A DNA stretch of 64,000 bases from Octopus sinensis (GCF_006345805.1 NC_043000.1:121334001-121398000), one strand, 5' to 3'; shown: positions 41,318 to 55,252, counted from the first letter of the stretch. The notes: a model not told the origin generated them from the sequence alone. Translations and numbers: made by a program.

Positions 41318-41318
<1 letters not shown>
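41106..41318 (+). mobile_element. Family F repeat with HHR at 41182-41216
   Basis: GTTT-CCGACGA-A-GAGC-tcc-GCTG-GAAA-CG-TT-AAAC; perfect stem I, C11.1 changed to G. (TA)n on both sides. Confidence 0.8.
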
Positions 41319-41379
<61 letters not shown>

Positions 41380-41804
41380 TATATATAATTATTATATATA
41401 CTGGCATAAAAATGTACAAAATATCACTTGGACTGGATGAATACTGGTCTGCCTCGTATAGACTTCAATCACGCATCAAACATGCAGACTCGCGTGGTAG
41501 CATCATTCAACCACCTAAGCTGCAAGTTTAGTATCATCGGCACGTGAAATTAAGTTTTTTTATATCTAAAATGTACTGCTTAATAAAGAAAGGGACAACC
41601 TTAGAAGAAATTAAGGGGATGGTCACGAAAGGGATTCGAAATACATATCTCGCCTCTACCTCATCGGGGATATGGAGACACCACATGAAAATTGTTATCT
41701 TCACATCTTCAATCGTCTGGAAATACGCACTTATGTATTTTCATGTTTACACGCCTGTGTACACACGTGCGTACGCATCTGTGTGTGTGTGTTTGTTTTG
41801 GGGT

Positions 41805-41842
<38 letters not shown>

Positions 41843-42318
41843 GGCTTTGTGTATGCGTTTAAACATGGGTACACAGTACACTAAACACGTCACCTTGTTT
41901 CTACAATCCAATCGACAAAGACACCAGGCGAGCTTGGTAACGCTGCTTAAGAGTCGCTGATAGTGTACCAGTGTTTCATTGTTGCAAATGCGTATGGTAA
42001 TGCCATTACGGCAACGGACCAAATTCACACTCTCTTTTTAATTTCAAGAAACCTGGGGCTTTCGATGTACTTCCTTGCGTAAAAATTATTGCATACCAAA
42101 TGTTATAGTGACAGTCACAAGTTCGCCGATATTGCTGCTCTGTTACACTTTCTACTCTTAGGCTGACATTAAGCAGAGGTACGCAATAAAAAGTGTTTTC
42201 AAAAGTGTGTGTGTGTGTATGCGTGTGGTGTTAGCGTATGTGTGTATGAAATCATGAAAGTATGAATATATGTATATATATACACACACATATATATATA
42301 TATGTCTATATCTATATC

Positions 42319-42363
<45 letters not shown>

Positions 42364-42423
42364 ATGTATGTCTGTCTGTCCGTCCATCTGCCTATCTATT
42401 TATTTATCTACTTATCTATCTAT

Positions 42424-42491
<68 letters not shown>

Positions 42492-43267
42492 GTTATGTAT
42501 GTATGTATATGTAATGTATGTATGTATGTATGTATCATATCTGTCTTCCTTGTGAATCCGCGTACAAATTGTGACACTAATCCTCTTTCTTTCCACATAT
42601 CGAGATCATTGCAGGAATGTTATGCAGTTCAAATCACAGACTTAAATTATTCATCTTGGTTACATTTATAATTTTTTTATTTATTTTGAATATCTTCACA
42701 ATGTACTGTAAAATTGCTTTATTTTTGTTTTTCTTTTTGGTTTTTCTTTTGCAGTCAAGAACACCGAATTATTGCATGCACTTTCTAGCACCTGTATCTT
42801 ACGTATACTTGGATTCAGCAGTCACGTGTTTGTTTCTTTGTTTTTTTCCTCTTTTTTTTTGCTGTACGATATGCATATTCTATTATTGATTTTTTTTCAC
42901 TAGCAAATATGGAACAACCATAATTCCATCACATAAATTATAATATCTACATTCTTCGCAGTCTTTCATGCACTGTCTGTTACTTATCGACGCTGTTAAT
43001 GCAAGTTCTTCCTTTGTCGCTTAGTCTGAATAAAATCTGTGGGACCTAATGTTTATATCTGGAGATTAAAATTGCTAAAGTTTTGAAAGATCCTGTCTTT
43101 TTCCTGACTTCCATATTTCCTTACCTTTAAAATTTTGATTTCTGCATGTCATATATATAAAATCATAAATGTATACATACGTGTAGGCATATATACGAGC
43201 ACGTATACTTTAATGGATTTATGTACATACATACGTATATATAAGTATAAATGTCTATATATGTGCA

Positions 43268-43410
43268 CAGGAGCAGGAGTGGCAAGAATCTTGCTTCCCA
43301 ATCACATGGTGCTACGCCTAGTCCCACTGCGTGTCACGTTGCGCAACTTTTTCTACAATAGCCGGGTGCCGACCAAATGCTTGTGAGTGGATCTGGTAAA
43401 CGGTCGTATA
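43268..43410 (+). mobile_element. SINE family B, 5' part
   Basis: ggagcaggagtggc...cttgcttcccaatcacatgg...gtcccactgcgtg...ccgaccaaatgcttgtgagtggatctggta. Confidence 0.75.
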
Positions 43411-43424
43411 TATATATTATATAT

Positions 43425-43455
<31 letters not shown>

Positions 43456-43853
43456 TTCTGTGATACTGAGCGTCAACGAACTTCTGAATTATGATCCTAT
43501 TTGTTCTTGTAAACGCTTACGATGTACTTTTAATCCTAAATTGTTTGGTTACCGGGTAATTTCCCTACATAGATTGAAATATTTCATATTCATTATGCTA
43601 TCGGATTGTCTCCATTTCTCCTCTTAGGTATGTATAGCTGTGCAGTTAAGAAAATCACTTTGCAACTGAGATTTTGTAAGCAGTCACTCTGTAGACCTGG
43701 CCTTATGAAGCACGGCACGTAATTTACTAAACGGAAACTATGTGGAGCCCTTGCGTATATACATGAATAATAATAATAATAATAATATAATAATAATAAT
43801 AATATATATAATATTTATATTTTTTTTTTCTGATAATATATATATATATATAT

Positions 43854-43886
<33 letters not shown>

Positions 43887-43893
43887 TATATAC

Positions 43894-43944
<51 letters not shown>

Positions 43945-44004
43945 TATATACAGTGCCGCAGCATGGCTGCAGTCTATGACTGAAACAAGCAAAAATAAAA
44001 GAAT

Positions 44005-44401
44005 TACTCTTTTACTCTTTTACTGTTTTACTTGTTTCAGTCATTTGACTGCGGCCATGCTGGAGCACCGCCTTTAGTCGAGCAAATCGACCCCGGGACT
44101 TATTCTTTGTAAGCCCAGTACTTATTCTATCGGTCTCTTTTGCCGAACCGCTAAGTGACGGGGACGTAAACACACCTGCATCGGTTGTCAAGCAATGCTA
44201 GGGGGACAAACACAGAAACACACACACATACACATTTATATATATACGACAGACTTTCAGTTTCCGTCTACCAAATCCACTCACAAGGCATTCGTCGGCC
44301 CGGGGCTATAGCAGAAGACACTTGCCCAAGATGCCACGCAGTGGGACTGAACCCGGAACCAAGTGGCTGGTTAGCAAGCTACTTACCACACAGCCACTCC
44401 T
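44005..44401 (-). mobile_element. SINE family B, well-preserved copy
   Basis: Minus strand ggagtggctgtgtggtaagtagcttgctaaccagccacttggttccgggttcagtccc (A and B boxes) through to a gtaaaagag tail. Confidence 0.9.
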
Positions 44402-45276
44402 GTATACATATACCTATTCACATGTTAACCTTGTAACTTTTCACAGTGGAAACATAAATAGAGGGTTAATAGTTTTGATAAGAAATAGAGCTGCTTCAAT
44501 TTTGGAATGAAATCAGTACCGTATTACTTGAGACGGTACTGGATCGTCTTTAATGCATTCATGGTTCGTATTGACATCTACGCATTCTTTAATATTTGTA
44601 TTCTGTTAAAGTAACTCATATCGAAATATATACAGAAATATCCACTAGATTAAATGATGTAAACGTAAAACACATTCCAACAGTAAAAGCAAATATTATG
44701 TTCAGATATAAAGCAATCATTGATGTTTTTTACCCAAATAAGTTCATATAAAATTACCCAAATGTGACCTGTGTTTACATCTTTTAAGCACCCAAACCCA
44801 CAAATATAATCACCAAACATGCAATCACGCACACATATGTACGTACACATCCCAGCACTTACATATATCGGGAGAGCATTAGTGGGGGAGAAAGAAAGGG
44901 TTAGACGAAAGGAGCTGTCGGTAAATAATAAATAGATCCATAGATATTATTCATGTACGGCCATTAATGCGTTTGTATTTATGCATGTCTGTATTAAATA
45001 AAACGCTAAGTTCTATATTGAAATAAGCGAAAACTTGCATTGATGTTCAGTTTGCTGAAAAGACCTATAAAAGTCATGTTAGCACTAAATGGTTAATTTT
45101 CCTTGAAAGTCGTTTAAAGAATGTATATATCAATCATTAGGTATGCAGTTATCGATTTTCGTTATCTACACATTAAGTATGTATTAGTCAAGAGAAAGAG
45201 ATAAACAAAGCAAAAACAAAAAAAGTAAATGAAGCCACTAATAATAATAACGATGATGACGACGATGAAGATAATA

Positions 45277-45344
<68 letters not shown>

Positions 45345-45345
45345 A
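45277..45345. repeat. (ATG)n directly followed by (ATC)n
   Basis: Directly visible; self-complementary around tgatca. Confidence 0.95.
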
Positions 45346-46023
45346 ATCATGAGAATAATAACACATGAAAAGAATAAAGAAAAGTAATCAATTTGATCTT
45401 TTAAATAAATGGAATAAAATTAAGAACAAATCAAACGAAAACAAGAGCGAAAACCAGAAACTGCAACAACAAAAATATAAACATTCACTTTAGAGTTTAA
45501 ATTTCGTTCAGAAATGTACAAACACGTCTTTTCGTTTAGTTTTTACAGTTTTAGGTACCATTAATACCTTAGCATTACTACTACTACTACTCTGCTTTAT
45601 GGTGTTTTTTTTTTTCTTCAGACTATGTTTTACCGTATTTCTATATAGTTGGACAAATCTGCATACGTCTGTACATGTGAAAGTTTGTGTTTGTGTGCGT
45701 GTTTTTTTTTTACATATCTATTTATTATATTATTATTATAAGTTTTATTTTCGAGATATTATATGAGATAAAAAAAAACACATATAAAACATGGAGATGA
45801 AATTCTAAAAATAACTAAAAAAATACCAAAAACATTAGAAAACTCACCCCCTCAGCATCCTTATAATTTTCCTGTATGAACTGTAAACTATCAAATCAAA
45901 AATTAATTTCACCCTTACACGTTTCACACGCATCATCATATATTTATCTTTCTATGTTTACATAAGTTTTTAACAAAATCTCTTTCTCTCTTCTACACTT
46001 CCCTCTTTCTCCTTAGATATACA

Positions 46024-46176
<153 letters not shown>

Positions 46177-46350
46177 TCTTACTGTCTGTCTGTCTGCCTG
46201 TGTTTTTTTTCTCTCTCTCTCTCTAGCTGTCTATCTATATTATATAAATACATGATTAGAAAGTTCCTTATGCATATACACATATATATATATATGTGCA
46301 TACACACAGACACACATTCATATATATATGCATACACACGCACACACACA

Positions 46351-46445
<95 letters not shown>

Positions 46446-46507
46446 TATTGAGAAAGAGAGAGATGGACAGATAGAGACAGATAAATGAAAGGATAAATAA
46501 ATATATC

Positions 46508-46539
<32 letters not shown>

Positions 46540-46552
46540 CATATATAGATAG

Positions 46553-46585
<33 letters not shown>

Positions 46586-47488
46586 TCAATATACATACAT
46601 ACATACTTCATACATATACATATATTTATATATACTTAAACTTGCGCATTCTGACATTTTCTATTAATATCGCTTAGAATATCTATTATAGCATTCCGTG
46701 GCTTTTATAGTCCTACGTCTCTGACTTTCTATGACTACCTCTCTATAATATACTTCCAATAAACAAATATAGAAACACACTCACATATATACAGACTCAA
46801 TCAAGCTCATTCAAATACACGTATATGTACCAACATATTCTCACTCATGCATCAACACACACACGCTGAGAATTTCTGTATAAATCTTTCCCTATTTGTA
46901 TCTAACGTTAAGACTATTATATCTCATTATATTTCTATTTTAATTCAAAATTATTTCTTTGTTTATCCAGCCTTGTCTCTTTCTCTTTCTCATTTCATTT
47001 CTACACTCTTTTTCTCTGCCTTATCTTCAATCATCTCCAATATTGTCACGTTTTATGTATTTCTTCCTGCATATTTTTTCGACTTATATCTCTCATAATT
47101 CATCTTAACATGCACTTTGTACCTCAATATAACATGTGCCACTTTAAAAGAATTCTCTCTTTCTGCTTCTTTACCTCTCTCTCTCTCTCTTTCGCGTGTC
47201 TGTCTCTCTCTCATTATTTCAACGGTACTTTTCTTCTTCCTGTATGTTACACAGTCTGTATCAATTTGACTCTGACTGCTACTTTTAGTATTTCTGTCAA
47301 TAAATCACTCACATGCAGCTGAGAGCAACTCTGGTTTATCTCCACCTATAATCTATCTCTTATGCTGTGTCTCCTTTCAATATCGCTTACATCAAAACTC
47401 CACCCACTTTATAATTAGAAGTAATATTACTTTTCTTCTTCGGTTATTTCGTTTCTTTAGCTGTCCCCACTCGACATATAATATATAT

Positions 47489-47548
<60 letters not shown>

Positions 47549-47607
47549 TTGATAGATATATATTGATATATTTATACATATAATTATGTGCATACTAAGA
47601 AATCCTT

Positions 47608-47678
<71 letters not shown>

Positions 47679-48251
47679 TATATGAGTATATGTGTATTTA
47701 CTTATATATGTTTGTATCTTCTTACATATATCCATACGCATAATGTGTTTGCATGCGCGTGTATTAGTGCATTTGTGTATGTTTCTTACTCTGTGAATTG
47801 AGTTAAGACACAAGATATGAATATTCACAGACAACACCCAATTTCACTTCGTCAGTAAATTTCATGATCTTTCTACTTCCATTGCCATTCCATATTTTAT
47901 ATCTGACTTACTTCCCTTATCTTTGTCGCTTCTTCTCTTTACATTAAACAATGCACATCTTATACTCCTACCAGTTTTCTTCATTTCTTTTCCTCGCATC
48001 TATGTTGAAGTTGAAAGATTAACATTAATTTTTTTTTAATTGTGTATTATGACTTTGGTTTCTGGAAACATCCTTTCCAGGACGAAATTATAACACAGAA
48101 TCAAAGTAGCAAAGCCCTTCATCGAATATTATAATCTATCTGTCGTTTTGAATTCACTTTTATTTTAATGGTTATTTCATGTAAATTTTTTATTTGTGTT
48201 TCCTGTTATATCAGGAACATATGTATATTTCCTGTTCAGGGACTTCACTAA

Positions 48252-48302
<51 letters not shown>

Positions 48303-48743
48303 CTCTTCCTATATCTTAGTTTTCTTTTTTCTTATTTCGTTCTTTCCTTTATTCCTCTCTTTCTATTTTTTAACTTTTTTATTATTTTATTGTTTTCTTC
48401 TTACTTTATTCTCCTCCTCTCTTTTTCTAATATTTCTCTTGTTATTCCCTTTCTTTATTCTTCTCTTCCTGTTTTCAATTTTACCTTACTACACTCTCTA
48501 TTTATAGGTCACTTTAAATAAAACCCTTGATCGAATAACACTGTGTATAAACTCTATACTTGGAATGACCAATTTTAAAGACTATTGGATTTTACTCATG
48601 AGGTATTGGAATCTTATATGTATACCATTCTGCCTAAAAAATGGATCTACAAAAATACAATATCCCTACATATCCGGCTTTTATTTTCTTTCCTTTTTGT
48701 AGCTTATCTAAATTAGATATTTCTTAACCATCTTCTCACAGCA

Positions 48744-48789
48744 TCTCCGATGAAGGGATATAACAAATATCCTGGTAACAGCTGTAAGA
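48744..48789 (+). ncRNA. Hammerhead-like motif (U4C core, mutated GAAA)
   Basis: TCT-CCGATGA-A-GGGATAT-aacaa-ATATCCT-G-GTAA-CAGCTG-TA-AGA. All three stems form; A13 is changed to U. Confidence 0.6.
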
Positions 48790-48968
48790 CTTTCTATCTA
48801 TAAATGTTCTAAAATCTATACAGCCTTGGTTTTTTCATCTCATTACGAGAAAAAACTTATATATATATACATATAATAAAATATTATGAAGTAAATCCAA
48901 ACTTACAGGGAAAAATTAGAATTAGGATTGATTTGCCTAATAGTGGTTTTATCTCTAATATAATATAA

Positions 48969-49016
<48 letters not shown>

Positions 49017-49029
49017 TTTATTAATATTT

Positions 49030-49387
49030 TCTCGTTTAGGCACAAAACTGAAATTTTTGAGCAGCGGGGCCAGTCAATTAAATCGACCCCAGTACCAACT
49101 GGTACTTAATTTATCGACACCGAAAGGGTGAAAGGCAAATTTGACCTCGGCAGAACTTGAACTCAGAACATAAACAATGGGGCTAAACACAGAGGGGACA
49201 AACAAGGACAGACAAATGGATTAAGTCGATTATATCGACGCCAGTGCGTAACTGGTACTTATTTAATCGACCCCGAAAGGGTGAAAGGCAAAGTCGACCT
49301 TGGCGGAATTTTAACTCAGAACGTAAACACAGACGAAATACCGCTAAGCATTTCTCCCGGCGTGCTAACATTTCTGCTAGCTCGCCC
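49030..49387 (-). mobile_element. Two nested or tandem SINE family A copies
   Basis: actggtactt.atttaatcgac..cgaaagggtgaaaggcaaa occurs twice (near 49100 and 49250). Confidence 0.85.
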
Positions 49388-49499
49388 TTTATATATATAC
49401 TTTATCAATAAAGCTTCAAAAACATCACAAAATTCTGTTACTCAGACTAATAAAGCATAACCTCCTTGTTTCACATTTATGTGTTTATCCTGGTATGTA

Positions 49500-50322
49500 T
49501 TTCCCAAAATAGTCAGGTAATCATTGCTGCTGATCCTACAATGCAGTGCAACGATTGAATCAAGAGAATTCCAAGAAATGGCTGCCCAAACCAACACAGA
49601 CCCTCCTCCATACTTCGCTGTAGGAAGAAGGCAGTCAGGATTAAAAACGTCCCCGTGCTGCCTCTACACATAAAATAATAGTCAATGTTACGTAAAATGT
49701 TTGGCTAGTCTGATGTTTATTAAAATGTACCTGCCAAAGTTACTATGTCGTGGGCTAGAAGCTAGGACATTTTGTTGGGCCCGTCGGAGAATATTGCCTG
49801 CTTCCATTGCTCTGTCGACCAGCCCTTGTAATCTCTAAACTAGTTCAACGTTTATTCAGCTCACGACTAAAAGTTTTGTTCGAAATTGGGTTAGTCAGAT
49901 GTTGATTCAACTCTGTAGTCACCTTAGGGGCAGTTGTCTGGGGATTTTTTATCATGATGCAATTCAACCCTCGTCGGTCTTTTTTAGTGAATTTCAAAGT
50001 CCTGCCGGATTTACTCATGGTCCTTGATATGATGGCTCTCGAAAACCAAGGAGTTCAGGTGTTCTGGTGACGGAATCTCCTGCCATTTGAGCTCCAACAA
50101 TTTGTTCTCTTTAGAACTCAGTGAGGTCACGCATCTTAGCTTAATTTATACTAAGATATGAAAAAGATATTGAAATAATCATTAAATTATATAAATAAAA
50201 CCATCTATAAAACAAAAAAGCACTCACAATAAAATTTGAATGGATATTTCTAATATAATGGCTCATTAAAATATTGGAGTTAAATTTCTACTGTTCCAAT
50301 CTAATTATTTTCTCCAATCCTT
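49500..50322 (-). pseudogene. Tc1-like transposon remnant, 5' portion
   Basis: From ATG at 50134: MRDLTEF*REQIVGAQMAGDSVTRTPELLGF; later DCLLPTAKYGGGSVLVWAAISW (Tc1 KHGGGSVMVW motif). Confidence 0.85.
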
Positions 50323-50838
50323 GTGTATGTATATATGTCGGGAAGATATATATATATATATAATATATATATATATATATTATATATATATATATAATAT
50401 ATATATACATTTGTGCGTATCTGTGTGCGTGTACATGTGCATTGTATGCCTAACAACCAATATCTCCTCTGATACTGTTTTGGCTGATATTATGTTTGAA
50501 AGGCTGTTATGCATTGTCGGAATGTTAGCTCTAATTTTCCAATCCGTGTGCTTTGAAACTGAGGCACCGCCTTGATATAATGCTTAAGAAGGACTCATGG
50601 ATGAATTCACGTACGGACTTTAGTTACCGCCACATACATTACACGTTTTACCATCTGCTGGCTGACTTCCATCTTTCCCTCATAATGCCTCTCCATCTCC
50701 CCCTCTCTATTCTTTTTTGTCTGAGTATATAAGTACGCACATTTTAAATTATCTATGCAGATACATGCATAACGAATATATGTTTTATATATATATATAT
50801 ATATGTATGTATATATGTGTGTGTGTGCGTGCGTGTAT

Positions 50839-51320
50839 ACAGGGTACGGTGAATAAACTGTCGTTTAAATTATGCAAAAAGGAAAATAACACTGACATCT
50901 CATATTAACGGATATATTTACCAAACTTACATAATAATATCTTGAAATACGAAGAGTAAAATCGTCTGGAAGCCATTACGATGGCTTCCAGACGACTTTG
51001 GAATATCCTGCATCTCTGTGGGCAGTCTCCTTGTTTAAGTTGCTGAATGCTACCATAATCCTTGCCTTCAGTTCATATTTCTTGTTATAAGAAGTTTTGG
51101 TCTCTCGCTCAAATGTGCCACACATATAGTAATCAAGGGGAATTATTTGGCCAGATGTAAGGGATGATGTCGCAGAAACAGATATGTGGACAGCATCTCC
51201 CTTCGAAATTTAGATGATGCTTATTTCCACAGCACGTTATTCAATAACCGGTATGACCGACAGCCAGTGCGTATTTTAAAACAAATACAGCACATTTAAC
51301 TATAATTCATTTTCACCATA
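50839..51320 (-). mobile_element. Internally deleted Tc1/mariner-superfamily remnant
   Basis: TA-cagggt terminus; minus-strand peptide PLDYYMCG...ELKARIMVAFSNLNKET...SRLEAIV resembles a transposase C-terminus. Confidence 0.6.
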
Positions 51321-51524
51321 ATGATGGAAATAGCTGTTTCATACTAGTAATTTATGTGTTGCTGTCGTTCGATTTCTTATCATACAGGTCAGTATTTTAT
51401 AAGAATATCCACTCGGCAAACTTGTTGAGTATATCGTCCTGAATTGATGTGAAAGCTGGAATGTTAAAGAAATTTCTTCAACTTAATTGATGAACAATCT
51501 ATCATTGTGCATATATATATATAT

Positions 51525-51906
51525 GGAGGCGCAATAGCCTAGTGTTTAGAGCAGCGGACTGGAGGTCGTAGATTCGCGGTTTCCATTCTCAGACCAGGCA
51601 TTGTGAGTGTTTATTAAGCGAAAAGACCTAAAGTTCCACGAGACTCCGGCAGCGGTTGGTGGCGAACCCTGCTGAACTCTTTCACCACACCTTTCTCTCA
51701 CTCTTTCTTCCCATTTCTGTTGTACCTATATTTCAAAGGGCCAGCCTTGTCACACACTGTTTCACGCTAAATTTCCCTGAGAACTGCATTAATGGTACAC
51801 GTGTCTGTGGACTGCTCAACCATTTGTACGTTCATTTCACTAGCAGGCTATTCCATTTATCGGATCAACTGGAACCTTCGTCATTGCAACTCTCGGAGTG
51901 CCACAA
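51525..51906 (+). mobile_element. tRNA-derived SINE family C, long form
   Basis: ggaggcgcaatagcctagtgtttagagcagcggact...gtttccattctcagacc tRNA-like head; inserted in (TA)n. Confidence 0.85.
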
Positions 51907-51915
51907 GTATATATA

Positions 51916-52003
<88 letters not shown>

Positions 52004-53939
52004 ATTAAGAAAATGCCTATCAGTCATGTTATAGGTAATACAAACGTGCACAAATCTATGTATAAATATATGCCTATGTATGTAAATTCAAACAGTGAAA
52101 ATCAAAGTATTTATTAAAAATAAGATCTACAAAATTCTTCACTCCATGATACACGTTCCGATATTCGAACGAATATTTAATAAAACAAACGGAAATCGTT
52201 AATATGAATATTCAAATATTGATAATAAAAATAAATAATTTATCTGAATTTAAGAGAAGAATTTATTTTCAACGCTTGAAACAATATATGATTGGTTGCA
52301 TGTGCAAAGATAAAATATACTTGCCATAAAATGAAAAATAAAGCTTAACAATAAAATTGTATGAGAAGCCTTTTAGCAAAACACGTTTACGCTAAAAAAA
52401 AAAAAAAAGTGCTGAATAATAAAATTGTAAATAACTCTAAATAACGAGTCTATAGTGTTGCTGCGTATATATGTAGCCATCATAACATATACCATCCGCT
52501 GAAAGTATAAATTTATATAGTACCTAATGTTTACTAAATTGCTCGAGTAATCAACTAACTGACCTCTTAATTGACTTTCTCATGTCAAAGATAAGAGCAA
52601 GATTATGTATAATAAAAATGTGTGCATTTCCATGTATATATATATATGTATATGTACATGATTGTATGCAAACATACACACACACACACACATATATATA
52701 TATACATATATGTGTGAGTATGTGTGTGTTTATTTATGTTTGTATATGTGTGTGTGCGTTTACAAACATCTATGCTTAGTACAAATGCATGTTTGTGCAC
52801 CCATTAATGCAAATTGTCATACTGTATATCTCTGTGAGCGAGTGTGTGTGCTACTTGTTTAAATATTTATTAATTTTTCTATATATGCTATTTTCCTCTA
52901 GGGAATCTACTATATGGAATCGGGTATGTAAATACCCGAAATAAATAAATTACATCATGCTATTGACATATGCAAGTCTTTTGTGGACTTCTTTATTGAA
53001 TTTAAGACCATTGTTTAATTTGTAACTTGGCTTGAAAAAAAAAAACTCCTATTAAGCACCTCCCAAATTATTCCCTTATATCTTAATCAAAAGCTATATG
53101 AACGACAATATCGTCCTTGATTCATTATGTCTCGGAAAATCGGGATCCTTTATACCGAGGAAACCTTTCTTTGTTCATATATCTACAAAATTTGATATTC
53201 ATAGGAGCGTACATATGAACACCCAGAGTCGGATGATTTGCGATATTTTTCTGGATCTGATTTCAAGTCCTGCTATGGCCAACATGCTTGGATATCCAAT
53301 AAAAATATCGTAAACTACATGGTGATCTTCATATGTCACCCCTCGTAAAACATCCACATCACACTTTGTGTATCGTCAGCGTACGCAGCCTTGTAGCACA
53401 AATTCGGTCCAGCTCTTCCGTTTGACATTCTATTCTTCCCTCCCACCAATCTCGGGGTCCCTATAAACATCCTTAAAAGCTTTTTTAATCGCCTGGCTAA
53501 AAGCTAAACGAAATAAGACCCACTACAAACTATATGCAAGCTCTGTAATAAAGATTGTTGTTTAATTGGTAAAACTACAACGTTTAGCATTCTTAAACCA
53601 TTTCATGTTCATTTCTCTCCCTTAGCTCTATTGCTTCATCGGGGGAGTTTTTATTTAATCTAAACTTTGATGTATATAAATTCCACATCCATTAGTTTTT
53701 AGCCAATGTTTCTTCTTCAGTGCAGTTTAATGGACGGACTCAGTTGTAGTTTCAGAGGCCAGAGCGTGATATCATACTTGTAATATTTCGTTCGTGGTCT
53801 CTGATTACCTGCAAATTGAAAATACACAGGGATGCAAGATGTAAAGAAATTTAATGTATCTTTATTGTACTTGACAGAGTAAGGAAAATCATTTTAACGT
53901 GATAAGATTACTCGTTTCAAGTTCATTATCGAAATCTCT

Positions 53940-54600
53940 GGCGGATTCCTCCTTTTCGACTCCGGCCCAGTGCATCCATACTGCCAACAAAGCACGCGGA
54001 GTTCTGTTCTTGATTCGACGGTCATTCGGAATGCTCACAGCAGCCATACTCCTACCGCTCTATGTCACGCTGGTGAGACCCGTATTAGAGTACGGGATTC
54101 AAGCCTCTTCTCCTTATCTCCTCAAAGACATACATCATCTCGAAAGAGTCCAGAGGCTGGCTACCCGCATGGTTCTTGGTCTCAAGAATTTGTTTTATGA
54201 AGGCTGAGGACGCTCGACCTTTATTCTCTAGAAAAACGACGACGCCGTGGTGATCTCATTCTTGCTCACAACATTATAAGTGGAAAGTGTAACCTCTCGA
54301 AAGAGCTGTTCTTCACTCCTGCTCCAGAGCGTCGGCTACGGGGTCATTCCGAAAAGCTCTATCTGCGACGATTTCATCTCAATCGAAGGAGAGGGGCTTT
54401 CTCCGCCCGGGTTGCGGATCCGAGGAATAAGCTGCCGGACGAGATGGTGAAGATGCCGACGACCGCTCGGTTCAAAGTCTCTCTTGACCAGAAATAGCCT
54501 GAACTCTTTGCATGAACCCCCTACCTGTACATAATTCCATGTCCCCCTACATGGCCTTGATTTTTGCTTTTGGAGCCAAACAATTAACTAACTAACTAAC
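53940..54600 (+). mobile_element. 5'-truncated CR1-group LINE 3' end
   Basis: LYVTLVRPVLEYG...LERVQRLATRMV, frameshift, then LYSLEKRRRRGDLI...RGHSEKL...FSARV..NKLP; short 3' UTR and (CTAA)n tail. Confidence 0.9.
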
Positions 54601-54601
54601 A

Positions 54602-54845
54602 TCTATAAACGGCAAAATGTCTGTGTATCTGTGTGTCTGTGTGTCCTGTATACAAATCCACAGTTTTTCACGTAAAAGGCTCGCATTCTCTATGGGCTTT
54701 CAAAACTCTCTGAGGGTGGTCGTGAAGATCTTTTCATTTCCCCAGTCAACATAGAAAGCCATTTAAAAACTCGATCAACCGACCCCTTATGCCCATAATT
54801 TATTTTGCGGCCAAATACCTCAAACCGCTCTCGTATACGTCTTAT
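54602..54845 (+). mobile_element. Probable Helitron-like non-autonomous 5' end
   Basis: A^TCTATAAACGGCAAAATGTCTGTGT...: TC start followed by a GTCTGT microsatellite. Confidence 0.4.
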
Positions 54846-54870
54846 TCATTTATCTTGCTCTCTTATCTTA

Positions 54871-54937
<67 letters not shown>

Positions 54938-55043
54938 TAGATAGATACATACGTTCATACATACATACATACATACATACATACATACATACATACATAC
55001 ATACATACATACATGCATACATAAATACGAACACACACATATA

Positions 55044-55252
55044 TTGTTGTCAGGGGAGAGTTATATTTTCTTAATATATTTACCATATTCACCGGTTGAA
55101 TTTCAATTCATTTATTAAATTGTTTTCGTTTATCTGTCTTTATTTTTCATCTCTTCCATAGAACAGGCAAAAAAATTTTTTTATGAGAGGAAATTGAACC
55201 GGTGAGTGTGTTAAATATATCAACGCAGTATGAGTCTCCCAAGACACAACAA
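55044..55252. repeat. Diverged ~60-bp inverted repeat with ~85-bp spacer
   Basis: ttgttgtcaggggagagttatattttcttaatatatttaccatattcaccggttgaattt versus the reverse complement of aaattgaaccggtgagtgtgttaaatatatcaacgcagtatgagtctcccaagacacaacaa. Confidence 0.7.

Noticed and set aside
53360-53425. AYADDT on the minus strand, resembling an RT motif
   Set aside because: Only a few residues, frameshifted, with no other RT motifs recognised.
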